Of a stretch of DNA of 64,000 bases, positions 8,316-17,385 are shown in pieces. The notes under the pieces were generated by a model. It worked only from the letters and a program-made list of their open reading frames with translations. It had not been told where the DNA came from and ran no database searches. Each line of letters starts with the position of its first letter. Within the stretch, counting starts at the first letter, position 1. The DNA comes from Anaerolineaceae bacterium. Its GTDB lineage: Bacteria > Chloroflexota > Anaerolineae > Anaerolineales > Anaerolineaceae. Position numbers and translations under genes: made by a program. The stretch is taken from positions 63 through 64,062 of the forward strand of contig DAOOPV010000007.1 of NCBI GenBank assembly GCA_035388405.1. The letters run 5' to 3'.

Positions 8316-9320
8316 TTAGAAAAGCGCTAACAGTGCAGGCAGCGCGTTTTGGAAGAGCCAGTAAAACAACCCTCCAACGAGCATGGTCGCGGGAATGGTG
8401 ATAACCCAGGCAATCATGATCTCACCGGCCACACCCCAACGCACTTTGCTCATCCGTTCGGCAGCCCCAACACCCATGATGGATGAACTCACCACCTGGG
8501 TTGTGCTGACGGGGCTCCCCAGCAGGGAAGCGGCAATGATTACGATTGCGGAAGTGATCTGCGAGGAAAAGCCGTGGACCGGGCGAATTTTGTAGAACTT
8601 CGAGCCAAGGGTTTTGATCAACTGCCAGCCGCCGAGGGCGGTTCCGATGGCAATTGCTGTCGCGCAGGCTAGCACGACCCAATTTGGCACATGGAAGGTG
8701 GACTGAAAACCGGTAATAACCAAACCGAGGGTGATGATACCCATGGTTTTCTGGGCGTCGTTGGTGCCATGGCTAAGAGCCAGCCCTAAAGACGTGATCA
8801 CCTGTAGTTTCTTGAAGACCCCGTTAATTTTTGGAGTTGCTTTCCAGGAAAGGAGATACACGATGTTGGCAATGATGATGCCTGCCACGAAACCGATGAC
8901 CGGTGAGGCAAATAAGCCAATTAAAATCTTGGTAATACCCTTGATGAGCAGTACCTTGAAACCGGCTTTCACTACCACCGCGCCAATCAAACCGCCGATG
9001 ATGGCATGCGAGGAGCTGCTTGGGATACCCAGGATCCATGTCAGCACGTTCCAAAAGATCGCGCTGAAACACGCAGCCAGGAGCACCATCATGTTGATGT
9101 GTTCAGCGGCGACGATGTCGTTGCCAATGGTGGTAGCGACCGCAACGCCGAAGATAAACGGGCCGACAAAATTCGCCAACGCGGTCATCAGCAGGGCGAT
9201 CTGCGGGCGGATAGCGCGCGATGAGATCATGGTGGCGACGATGTTGCTGGAGTCGTGGACACCGTTGAGGAAATCGAAGATCAACGCGAAGATGATGAGA
9301 AGGATCAGTGAAGCTTCCAT
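8316..9320 (-). CDS. pit: Inorganic phosphate transporter, PiT family
   Basis: 334 aa and polytopic. It has the duplicated PiT signatures GVHDSSNIVAT and GTNDAQKTMGII. Confidence 0.85.
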   Translation of the reverse strand: MEASLILLIIFALIFDFLNGVHDSSNIVATMISSRAIRPQIALLMTALANFVGPFIFGVAVATTIGNDIVAAEHINMMVLLAACFSAIFWNVLTWILGIPSSSSHAIIGGLIGAVVVKAGFKVLLIKGITKILIGLFASPVIGFVAGIIIANIVYLLSWKATPKINGVFKKLQVITSLGLALSHGTNDAQKTMGIITLGLVITGFQSTFHVPNWVVLACATAIAIGTALGGWQLIKTLGSKFYKIRPVHGFSSQITSAIVIIAASLLGSPVSTTQVVSSSIMGVGAAERMSKVRWGVAGEIMIAWVITIPATMLVGGLFYWLFQNALPALLALF

Positions 9321-9331
9321 AATTCTCGGCG

Positions 9332-9952
9332 TTACGAGGTCTTGACCACAATGTCCGCCAGGACGTTGGCGGCTTCATCACTTCGATCCGCGGCATTGCT
9401 CAAGTGGCGATAAACTTCGCGCATCTTCATCGCCTTGACGACACCTTTCAGGTCTTCCGTGTCCTTGAACATGTTCGCCAGGGCTTCCCGGTAGACATGT
9501 TCAATCTTGTTTTCGACCTTTTTGGCGCGGTTGGCATGTTCGGCGGTCACACTCGGGTGATCCTGCAAGCACTCCACGGCCTTCAGCATTTCGAAAGTAG
9601 ATTCCTTGAGCAGTGTGCAGATCTGCACCATGTATTCGGTGGGTTTGACCTTGAAAATGACGATCTCGGTCATGGTGCTATAGGCATAATCTAAAATATC
9701 GTCGATTGCCCTTGAAAGCGCGAAGATATCTTCCCGGTCAAAGGGGGTAATGAAGGTGCGATTCAGTTCATCAATCAACAATCGGCGCGCTTCATCCGCT
9801 TCTTTTTCCTTTGCGGTCAGCTGATCCGCGATTTTTGTGTCGGGATTGATCATGTACGCCAGCAATAGATCTACGCCTTCCAGGGTCAGATTGGTTTGCT
9901 CTTGAATTCTCTGCAGGAAAATATCCCGGCGTTTCTTAAAGATTTTCAACAT
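9332..9952 (-). CDS. DUF47/PhoU-like phosphate-transport regulator partnered with PiT
   Basis: 206 aa, helical. It sits immediately upstream of pit in the usual DUF47-PiT pairing (EADEARRLLIDELNRTFITPFDREDI). Confidence 0.75.
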   Translation of the reverse strand: MLKIFKKRRDIFLQRIQEQTNLTLEGVDLLLAYMINPDTKIADQLTAKEKEADEARRLLIDELNRTFITPFDREDIFALSRAIDDILDYAYSTMTEIVIFKVKPTEYMVQICTLLKESTFEMLKAVECLQDHPSVTAEHANRAKKVENKIEHVYREALANMFKDTEDLKGVVKAMKMREVYRHLSNAADRSDEAANVLADIVVKTS

Positions 9953-11679
9953 GATGTATTCCTCCGTTCAGAGTAGATACTGGCAATACAGCCAGTTTTT
10001 TCCAATAATTTCAGACCAGGCAAGAAATCCTCATACGCAGCTGCGTTGTTGATCTCGAGCGTCCGGACTGCGTGAGCAGGCAAATAGCTTGCCAGCCAGG
10101 CAAAGTCAACATCTCCGGTGCCAGGGAGTTGGTGATCCACGATGTCTTTTACATCATGGAGGTGGACTCCTACCATCCTTGGTGAGAAAGCCTCCAGCCA
10201 TTGTTTGAAAGACATCAATCCAAGGCGATCGTGCACCTGGATGTGTCCAACATCCAATTGCCAGCCCACCCAAGGCTGCTGGAATTCATCCAACAGGACT
10301 TCCAATTCCTCGAAGATGGGGAGTTCGTAGTGATGCAGGCGGTTCTCCAAGCCAAGAAACACACCCAAATCCTTGGAAAAGTCCACGATCTCGGTCAGAC
10401 TGCGGATCAATGCTTCGAGGTGGGGTTTTCCGCGTTCAAGCCGGTCTTTGATCAATTCTTTCCGCAGGGTTTCGTATCCCAGGGTTCCCTTGAGCCCTTC
10501 GCGATACATATCCCTCAGGCGGCTGTCCATGGAGTGGTCGCCATCCACCCGACCTGGGTGGATAACCACGAGCCTGGAACCCAGGCGCCAGGCCAGTTCA
10601 ATGGTGCGTTTTAGCGTGTCCACTCCGACGCGTCTGCGTCCTTCCACCAACGATGTGACCTGAAAATCACCCAATTCGAGCTGTTTGTTCGGGATCACTG
10701 CTGGACAGGGGTCATGGACCGACCCGACATGGTAGCGGTTAAAGTCAAAAGTTTCCAATTCTTCAGGGGTAATCTGGTGATTAAGCTCAAACCGCGCAAA
10801 GCCCAATTCGCGACCCTTGCGGCAAAAATCGTTGGCACTATCGGTGGAACGTGACCACCACATGGTTGAGAGCGCCGCGTCGTAGAGCGTGTCCGAAGCC
10901 AAGGTGGGGGTTGTCACTAAATGTGACCACGCGCCAGGAAAATGTGCCAAACTCTCGTGCAGGGAACTCACGGTGACATCCGCCTGCATTGGGCAAGGGT
11001 TTTCTTCGCGCAATTCAGTCTGGGACTCGATCATGACTACCAGGCCGATGCCAGCTTCGCGCGCGCCAATCAGATCCCGCGAGGGACGATCGCCGATGTA
11101 GGCGCATTCTTCCGGGCGGACACCAAGAGCCTGTGCCGCGGCGATGAAAGGCGAAGGGTGCGGTTTGCGCTTGCCGAAATCTGCGGCTTGCAAAGTGATA
11201 TCAAATAAATCTTTGATGCCAGCCTTATCCAGGAACCTGGGTGAGGTGTGGCTGACAGTTCCGAGGCGATAGCCCCGTTCCTTCAACGTTTTCAGCGCAC
11301 GGATTGTTTCAGTGGGGATGAAACGTTTTCCGCGGGAGTCACCCCACCAGGTCTGTAGTTTATTCGCGTGCTCCGCAATGAATGCAGTGGGGAACTCTGG
11401 CAGCAAGTATTTGCTCCAGCGTTCGGAATAGGACAATTCATCAAGGGAGCGGTAAGACCACTCCTTGTATTCCTTCTCACGTTGGGTGAGCCTTTGGATG
11501 AAGCTCTCAGGACTTTCTTTGAGGTTTAAGAATTGAAGCATCTCAGAAATGATTTCAGGATCCCTGGAATCGTGGTTCAGTTTTTGAACGATTGTGCCAC
11601 CCAAATCAAACAGGATAACCTTGAGTTGGTTTTGATTTTGTGTGGTGATAGCTTCTGGCGAAGAGCAATTAATTACCAT
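9946..11679 (-). CDS. Fusion protein: HAD-like hydrolase domain (N) plus xylose-isomerase-like TIM-barrel sugar-phosphate isomerase/epimerase domain (C)
   Basis: 577 aa. HAD motifs: ILFDLGGT (motif I variant), VSHTS, GKRKPHP, YIGDRPSRDLIGAREAG. The C-terminal half has VVIHPG, GLENR and DVGH, which are TIM-barrel metal-ligand style motifs. Confidence 0.75.
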   Translation of the reverse strand: MVINCSSPEAITTQNQNQLKVILFDLGGTIVQKLNHDSRDPEIISEMLQFLNLKESPESFIQRLTQREKEYKEWSYRSLDELSYSERWSKYLLPEFPTAFIAEHANKLQTWWGDSRGKRFIPTETIRALKTLKERGYRLGTVSHTSPRFLDKAGIKDLFDITLQAADFGKRKPHPSPFIAAAQALGVRPEECAYIGDRPSRDLIGAREAGIGLVVMIESQTELREENPCPMQADVTVSSLHESLAHFPGAWSHLVTTPTLASDTLYDAALSTMWWSRSTDSANDFCRKGRELGFARFELNHQITPEELETFDFNRYHVGSVHDPCPAVIPNKQLELGDFQVTSLVEGRRRVGVDTLKRTIELAWRLGSRLVVIHPGRVDGDHSMDSRLRDMYREGLKGTLGYETLRKELIKDRLERGKPHLEALIRSLTEIVDFSKDLGVFLGLENRLHHYELPIFEELEVLLDEFQQPWVGWQLDVGHIQVHDRLGLMSFKQWLEAFSPRMVGVHLHDVKDIVDHQLPGTGDVDFAWLASYLPAHAVRTLEINNAAAYEDFLPGLKLLEKTGCIASIYSERRNTSC

Positions 11680-11691
11680 AATGAATCGTTT

Positions 11692-13401
11692 CTATACCTT
11701 CTTTACGCAGCCACGGTCGACCAATACCTCGAGACCGCGGGCTATTTGATTTGTTGTGCAGTCTGGCGAAACCTCAAGAGTTCGAAAAATACCGTCTGCC
11801 AAATAAGGGGAAAAGCTCGAAAAATCGACTTCGCCCATACCCGGGGCTAAATGATCCTGCAAGCCGTTCACATCGTGTAAATGCATGCCAATCAGGCGGT
11901 GGTGGAAGCGGCGAAGCCACTCGCCTTTGCCAACCATCCCCAACACTTCCAGGTTGTGAGCATGACCAGCATCGTACTGGAAGCCAAACCAAGGTTCATC
12001 ACACAGCTGCAGGAAGGTTTCCATTTCATCCGGCAGCGGCAAGTCGTGATACCGGTTTCGGTTTTCGAGACCGATGGTGATGCCGGAACCCCTGGCGAAG
12101 GCAATCATTTCCTCCAGGCTGCGGAGCACCTGGCTGAGGTGGGGCTGTTTGTGTTGGTCTCTATCGGCAACGTAATCCTGTTGGAGTTGGATATATTCCG
12201 GAGAGCTGGACTTGCCCTGTAGATACCATTCCCGGATTTTTGTATCCCTGGAATGATCGCAGTGTACCGAACCGCAGTGCACCACCACCGAACGTGAGCC
12301 AAGGCGGACTGCCAGGTCGATGGAACGTTTCAGGTTGTCGACTGCCTTGATGCGGTGGTTTTCATCCAGGCTGGAAAGGGAAATATCCTGTCTCTTCAAC
12401 TCTGTATACCCAAATTCTGAAGGGCAGGGGTCGTGGAGCGTGGCGACGTAATACTTGTTTCGATCCCATTCCTGGTACAAGCGAGGGGTGACCTTGTTGC
12501 TGAATTCAAAGCTGACAAAACCCAGTTTGCGGGCTAAGGCGAAAGTCTCAGAAAAAGGCATCTCCTGATCAGCGCTCCACATCGTGGAGAGCGAAATGTC
12601 GTAAAGCATTTCAGGTTGTTTGGGTTCGATCTCCTTTGAGATAGTCCCATCTACGCCATGGAAGATCTTCAACAACTCGCCAAGGCAACCGATCCGATAT
12701 TGGGGTTTGGTCTCCGTGATGGTTTCTGCCTGGAAGTCATCATCCGGGTCATACTCATCCGTTTGATATCCGCTCATGTTTACGATGATGACCGTGCCAA
12801 ACCCAGCTTGCATAGCCCCGACAAGATCCCTTGAAAGGTTATCTCCGACGTAGGCACAATTCTGGGGCAATACGCCCATTCCCCTTGCGGCTTGCAGGAA
12901 CATGGATGGATGTGGCTTTCGGCTGCCAACCACGCAGGATAAGATCACCGGGTGGAAGTATTCAGTCAAACCATTGTCAGCCAACATGGCGGGGGCTTCG
13001 ACAGATGAGGTCGTGTTGCTTACGATTGAGAGTTTATAGCCCCGTTTGGCAAGTGTTTTGATGGTGTCGACCGCGTCCGGAAAAATCTGGTTATTCCGGG
13101 AAGCCCGCCACATTTGATTTAGCGTGACAGCGTTTTGCCAGACGAATTCGTGGGGAAAGTCGGGCAACATAAATCGCGTCCAAAGTTCCGTCTCGGGCAG
13201 CTCGAGGAGAGTCTTCTTACACCACCTGCGGTATTCCTTCTCGTGTTTTCGAAGCAGGCTCAGGAAGTCAGACGGTTCACCCTCCACCCCCAGGAAGGAT
13301 TGCAGATTGCGGATGTAATCCAGGTTCCCTTCCCTGTTTTTGATGGTCGCGCGGAGTGTGCCACCAACGTCGAAACAAATCGCTTTAATTTCACCAGTCA
13401 T
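11692..13401 (-). CDS. Paralogous HAD-like plus xylose-isomerase-like TIM-barrel fusion protein
   Basis: 569 aa with the same architecture: ICFDVGGT, VSNTTS, GSRKPHP, YVGDNLSRDLVGAMQAG, then VVVHCG, GLENR, DAGH. Confidence 0.75.
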   Translation of the reverse strand: MTGEIKAICFDVGGTLRATIKNREGNLDYIRNLQSFLGVEGEPSDFLSLLRKHEKEYRRWCKKTLLELPETELWTRFMLPDFPHEFVWQNAVTLNQMWRASRNNQIFPDAVDTIKTLAKRGYKLSIVSNTTSSVEAPAMLADNGLTEYFHPVILSCVVGSRKPHPSMFLQAARGMGVLPQNCAYVGDNLSRDLVGAMQAGFGTVIIVNMSGYQTDEYDPDDDFQAETITETKPQYRIGCLGELLKIFHGVDGTISKEIEPKQPEMLYDISLSTMWSADQEMPFSETFALARKLGFVSFEFSNKVTPRLYQEWDRNKYYVATLHDPCPSEFGYTELKRQDISLSSLDENHRIKAVDNLKRSIDLAVRLGSRSVVVHCGSVHCDHSRDTKIREWYLQGKSSSPEYIQLQQDYVADRDQHKQPHLSQVLRSLEEMIAFARGSGITIGLENRNRYHDLPLPDEMETFLQLCDEPWFGFQYDAGHAHNLEVLGMVGKGEWLRRFHHRLIGMHLHDVNGLQDHLAPGMGEVDFSSFSPYLADGIFRTLEVSPDCTTNQIARGLEVLVDRGCVKKV

Positions 13402-13423
13402 ATTTGGGTCCTGTCTGTTTTTA

Positions 13424-14854
13424 TCAGCCCTGCAAGCAGGACACCTTTGGAATTTCGCGAATATCGTTTATGTATGCATCTGCCAGGGTTCCAGCGTCGT
13501 AGTTTAGCGCGATGGTTTTCATGCCAATCTCGCGCGCTCCGTCGATCTCTGCTTTCTTGTGCCCCACAAAGACCGCGTCGCAAGGATCCACGCCAACCTG
13601 GGTCAAGGCGCGCTGGTACATTTCGGGGTCAGGTTTGCGCGCGCCAACTTCTTTTGAGCTGATCACAGAATCCCAGACTCTGCCAAAACCATGCTGGTCA
13701 AACCAATTCAGTTTGATCGAGAAAGCCATGGCGGTGTCGGTGATGATACCGAGCATGTACCCCCTTTCTTTGAGTTCCAGGATCGTTTCTGGAGCTCCGC
13801 AGATGATCTCGACGTTGTTGTCGTCGGCTTGCATCGCGTCCATCCCCTCAGAAATCAAATCCGGATCCGTAATGCCAAGAAAACGGATAAGCTGTTCATA
13901 AAAGCCGTGGCGCGGGAGTTTGCCTGTGAATGCCAGCGCTTTAAGTCGTTTTCTCTCATCATCGAAACCTTTTGGAAATTCCAACTGGTGTGAATCAAGA
14001 AACGCTCTAAGATGCTGATCTTTATGCGGCCTGGTGTAGAGGATGTCGCCGGCGTCAAAGAAGATGGCCTTCACTTTGTGTCCATTATCGTTTCGAGCTG
14101 TCTGCGCGTCCTGGTCGAGGTATTGCTTGATCAGTGGGATCAATTCGGTCATGTCGTCGATCTGGGCATCAGGCTTGGCGCCTTCGTCAGGTTCACCATT
14201 ATCATAGATGTGGTGGATCTTGATGGCTGCCCTGAAACCAGCTCTTTGCGCACCCAGGATGTCGCGGTTGACTTTGTCGCCGATGTAGATACAAGCGCTG
14301 GTTGGCACCTGCGCCAGGCGTGCCGCGTGGTAAAAAATTGCCGGGTCAGGTTTGCGCCGACCATATTCGGAAGAGAGAACAACCGGGTCAAAGTAGCAGT
14401 CAATCCCATACTCCTTGAGGCTGTAAGGGACCTGTTGACTGCTCTGTGTGTTGCTGATGCAACCTATCTTTAAGCCCATTTTCTGGATTTCAGCCAGAAC
14501 CTGCGGAATTTCAGGACGCATCTTACGCGTAAACAGACGTGTTTCGTAGATGAAGGCCAACTCCTCGGCAATGGGTTTCAAATCTGCAGGGTTCAGGTGG
14601 AGATCTTTTAGGAAATAGGTTGCCCAGATCTCGGCTGGTTTGAGCTCCACGTTGGTTACCATGTTCCAGCGCAGATACTCTGACGTGCCTGCCGTGATCA
14701 TGTCTGCCAGGCATGTGTCCGAACAGGAGTTTATGATGCCTGTACGGCTGAGGCATTCGCGTACCGCAGAAACAGCCTTTATTCTCTGTTCCCTGGTGTA
14801 ACGGAATGTGTCAATCGTACCTCCCATGTCGAAAAAGACAGCTTTAAGCATCAT
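13424..14854 (-). CDS. Tandem double HAD-like hydrolase
   Basis: 476 aa. The first domain has VFFDMGGT...ISNTQS...GRRKPDP...YIGDKVNRDILGAQRAG. The second has IFFDAGD...ITDTA...GARKPDP...FVGHKKAEIDGAREIG. Confidence 0.75.
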   Translation of the reverse strand: MMLKAVFFDMGGTIDTFRYTREQRIKAVSAVRECLSRTGIINSCSDTCLADMITAGTSEYLRWNMVTNVELKPAEIWATYFLKDLHLNPADLKPIAEELAFIYETRLFTRKMRPEIPQVLAEIQKMGLKIGCISNTQSSQQVPYSLKEYGIDCYFDPVVLSSEYGRRKPDPAIFYHAARLAQVPTSACIYIGDKVNRDILGAQRAGFRAAIKIHHIYDNGEPDEGAKPDAQIDDMTELIPLIKQYLDQDAQTARNDNGHKVKAIFFDAGDILYTRPHKDQHLRAFLDSHQLEFPKGFDDERKRLKALAFTGKLPRHGFYEQLIRFLGITDPDLISEGMDAMQADDNNVEIICGAPETILELKERGYMLGIITDTAMAFSIKLNWFDQHGFGRVWDSVISSKEVGARKPDPEMYQRALTQVGVDPCDAVFVGHKKAEIDGAREIGMKTIALNYDAGTLADAYINDIREIPKVSCLQG

Positions 14855-14898
14855 AGTGTCACCGTGTTGTATTTGTAATTTTTTGACCCGTTTTTTTT

Positions 14899-14933
14899 AT
14901 CAGGCACGAATTTTTTGAGGATTCGTGCCTGAT
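14899..14933 (-). terminator. Strong stem-loop downstream of the ABC substrate-binding-protein gene (13-bp stem, no canonical U tract)
   Basis: atcaggcacgaat / tttttgagg / attcgtgcctgat, read directly. On the minus-strand RNA the hairpin is followed by AUAAAAAAAAC rather than U-rich sequence. It may be an mRNA-stabilising or attenuating hairpin rather than a classic terminator. Confidence 0.45.
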
Positions 14934-14959
14934 TGATCGAAAATCTCAGCAGAATCTGG

Positions 14960-16165
14960 CTATTTGCCCAAATTCAGCAGGTAGAAATCACGTGCTTCGA
15001 GCATGTGATCGTAGGCGTATTGTTCAGCAATGAACCAGGTCATCTCGAACATTTCGTCCAATGGTTTCTGTCCCTCAGGAACCTCGTAGGTTGAATCGGG
15101 GAAGTAGGTGCCGAACTTGGCCCATGGGTCACGACCATCAGGACTGGTGACAAACTTGACCCAAAGCTTGGCGGCGTTTGGATGCGGTGCCTGGTTGATG
15201 ATACCGACGTAGCTCTGGCTCTGGACACCCAGCTTTGGCTGGATACCCCAGCAGGGTTCAAACGCCAGGATGCCTTCCTGTACATCAGCCATGTTGGAAT
15301 AGGAGGTAAGAGCCATGTAGCTCTCGGTCATTCCAGGGGTCGCGAAGGCGGAATCGACTTCATCACCACCGGGTTGAGGGATGGGGCCGTTCTGCGCGAA
15401 GCGCTTGAGCCACAACCAACCAGCATCAGGGGTATCTGCGTCCAAAACAGGCTCGCTGCCGTAGAGGTCGACATAGGCTTGTTTGACTTCGTCAGCATGG
15501 AATGCAAAGGTGATCAACTTGCTTAAAGTTGAGGCATCATTCAGAGGATCTTCAATGAAGAATTTCCCTTTCCATTCCGGCTGGGTGAGTTCCCAGATGT
15601 TAGTAATGGGGCAGGTGTCGTTCAGTTCAGAGTTGTAAGCAAACACGCTGGTTCCAAAGCGGCTCATCAGCAAGGGTTGGGTGTACTGTTCTGGCGTGTA
15701 AGCGGCTGTGGAATCGGGTACGAAGCGCCAAACGTAATTCTTGGGCAGCACTTGCCCAACCAGGTCTGCACCACCACTGCTAAACCAGACATCACCGGTG
15801 AATGCTCCAGCTTTTTGTTCCTCGAGGGTTTTCATGAGGACATCGTCACCGCCAAGGTCATAAGCTTGCACGTTGATCTCGGGATAGAGTTCCATAAAGG
15901 CTTCAGCAGCCTTTTCGACCTTGGACGAGTTGGCATAGACCAAAACTGTTCCTTCTTTTTTGGCTGCTTCCTCGATCGCCGCCCAATCCTGGGTGCCGGT
16001 TTCGTACTCGCCCAGCAGATTGGCCTTCAACCATTCCTGTTGGAGGGTGAGGGTTTCGGGCTGAGCGACTGGTTCAGTTGCGGCGGGTTCTGCTGGCTTT
16101 GCGCCGCAGGACACGAGCATTGTGATCACGAGGATCAATGCTGCTAATCTAAAAAATGCTTTCAT
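14960..16165 (-). CDS. ABC transporter substrate-binding lipoprotein (family-1 solute-binding protein)
   Basis: The preferred start is ATG 16165 (MKAFFRLAALILVITMLVSCGAKP, a signal peptide plus lipobox Cys), preceded by AGAAGGAGAAAG. It sits next to the ATPase and permease genes. Confidence 0.8.
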   Translation of the reverse strand: MKAFFRLAALILVITMLVSCGAKPAEPAATEPVAQPETLTLQQEWLKANLLGEYETGTQDWAAIEEAAKKEGTVLVYANSSKVEKAAEAFMELYPEINVQAYDLGGDDVLMKTLEEQKAGAFTGDVWFSSGGADLVGQVLPKNYVWRFVPDSTAAYTPEQYTQPLLMSRFGTSVFAYNSELNDTCPITNIWELTQPEWKGKFFIEDPLNDASTLSKLITFAFHADEVKQAYVDLYGSEPVLDADTPDAGWLWLKRFAQNGPIPQPGGDEVDSAFATPGMTESYMALTSYSNMADVQEGILAFEPCWGIQPKLGVQSQSYVGIINQAPHPNAAKLWVKFVTSPDGRDPWAKFGTYFPDSTYEVPEGQKPLDEMFEMTWFIAEQYAYDHMLEARDFYLLNLGK

Positions 16166-16290
16166 TTCTTTCTCCTTCTGTAGTTGGTTCAAAGTTGTTA
16201 AAAACATCGACTGTCCATTGCTCAGTTTTCTTCTCTCTAATGACCTCCTTGGCAGGTAACAAAAAGGGTTCACTGGATTCTCGACTCTCT

Positions 16291-17373
16291 CTACGCAGTA
16301 ATAAGTGCTTCAGTTTCTTTATCGTAAAGGTTGATCGCATCTTCCTTGAACGACAACCAGATGGGTTGATCCATCTGGATCTTGCTGACACCCATTTCTT
16401 TAATGGTCAGCTCGGTGTCACCCTTGCGGGCAATAATGGTCGTATCGGCGCCTGAGGGTAAAACTGAATAGGCGGCGAATTCGACAGCTCCGTCAGTCGG
16501 TTCATTGTGGATGATGATATCTTCAGGACGTAAACCCACCACGACATCACCCGTTTTGTTGTAAGTTTTCACCGGGATGTTGAACTTACCGATGTCCACC
16601 AGGTTCTGACCCGACACCCATCCGGGCATCAGATTGACCTTTGGATTGCCAATGAAATCGGCCACAAAAAGATTGGCTGGATAGTGGTAGACCATATCGG
16701 GGGTATCCAATTGTTGGATGACGCCCAGTTTCATTACCGCAATTTTGGTGGACATGGTCATGGCTTCGACCTGATCGTGGGTCACATAAACCGTTGTGGC
16801 ATCAGAAATGTGGTGCAGACGTTTCAACTCAGTGCGCATATCCATTCTCAGGCGGGCGTCCAGGTTAGAGAGGGGTTCGTCCATCAGGAAGACTTTTGGT
16901 CGGTATGCAAGCATCCGAGCCAGGGCAATACGCTGCTGCTGACCACCACTCATTTCGCGAGGATAGCGGTCTTCGTAACCCGCCATCTGCACTTCTTCAA
17001 GGGATTCTTTGACCCGGATATCCATGTCTGCTTTCGACATTTTCTGAATTTCAAGCGCGAAAGTGATGTTCTTATAGACGTTCATGTGCGGCCATAAAGC
17101 ATAGTTCTGGAAAACCAATCCCAAATCCCGCTGCCCAGAGGGGAGTGATATGCCCTTTGAGCGTGAATAGACCAGCTTGTCGCCAATGATGATCTCTCCA
17201 TCATCCGGGTCTTCCAAACCTGAGATACATCGCAAAAGGGTGGTTTTACCGCAGCCGGAAGGTCCCAGGAGTGTCAGGAACGAACCGGGCTCGATGGTCA
17301 CGCTTACGTTATTGACCGCAACGACATCCCCGAATTTTTTTGTTAAGTTCTTAATAATAATTGGTGTATCCAT
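16291..17373 (-). CDS. ABC transporter ATP-binding protein (MalK/PotA/UgpC-like with C-terminal regulatory domain)
   Basis: Walker A GPSGCGKTT, signature MSGGQQQR, Walker B VFLMDEPLS. 360 aa. Confidence 0.9.
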   Translation of the reverse strand: MDTPIIIKNLTKKFGDVVAVNNVSVTIEPGSFLTLLGPSGCGKTTLLRCISGLEDPDDGEIIIGDKLVYSRSKGISLPSGQRDLGLVFQNYALWPHMNVYKNITFALEIQKMSKADMDIRVKESLEEVQMAGYEDRYPREMSGGQQQRIALARMLAYRPKVFLMDEPLSNLDARLRMDMRTELKRLHHISDATTVYVTHDQVEAMTMSTKIAVMKLGVIQQLDTPDMVYHYPANLFVADFIGNPKVNLMPGWVSGQNLVDIGKFNIPVKTYNKTGDVVVGLRPEDIIIHNEPTDGAVEFAAYSVLPSGADTTIIARKGDTELTIKEMGVSKIQMDQPIWLSFKEDAINLYDKETEALITA

Positions 17374-17385
17374 GTTCTCCTCGTT

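Noticed and set aside
8731-9345. 204-aa plus-strand ORF inside the PiT transporter gene
   Set aside because: It is antisense to a gene with unambiguous PiT signatures and has the composition typical of a shadow frame.
14899-14933. Calling the 13-bp hairpin a canonical Rho-independent terminator
   Set aside because: On the transcribed (minus) strand the stem is followed by an A-rich tract, not a U-rich one. It is kept only as a stem-loop of uncertain role.
16166-16273. N-terminal extension of the substrate-binding-protein ORF (track start at 16273); similar extensions occur at 22899, 20319, 8268 and 30603
   Set aside because: Internal ATG starts are preceded by good Shine-Dalgarno sequences and give canonical N-termini: a lipoprotein signal peptide, the ApgM start, the RpiR start, the PfkB start and the LarA start. 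The extended versions overlap upstream genes or add non-homologous residues.
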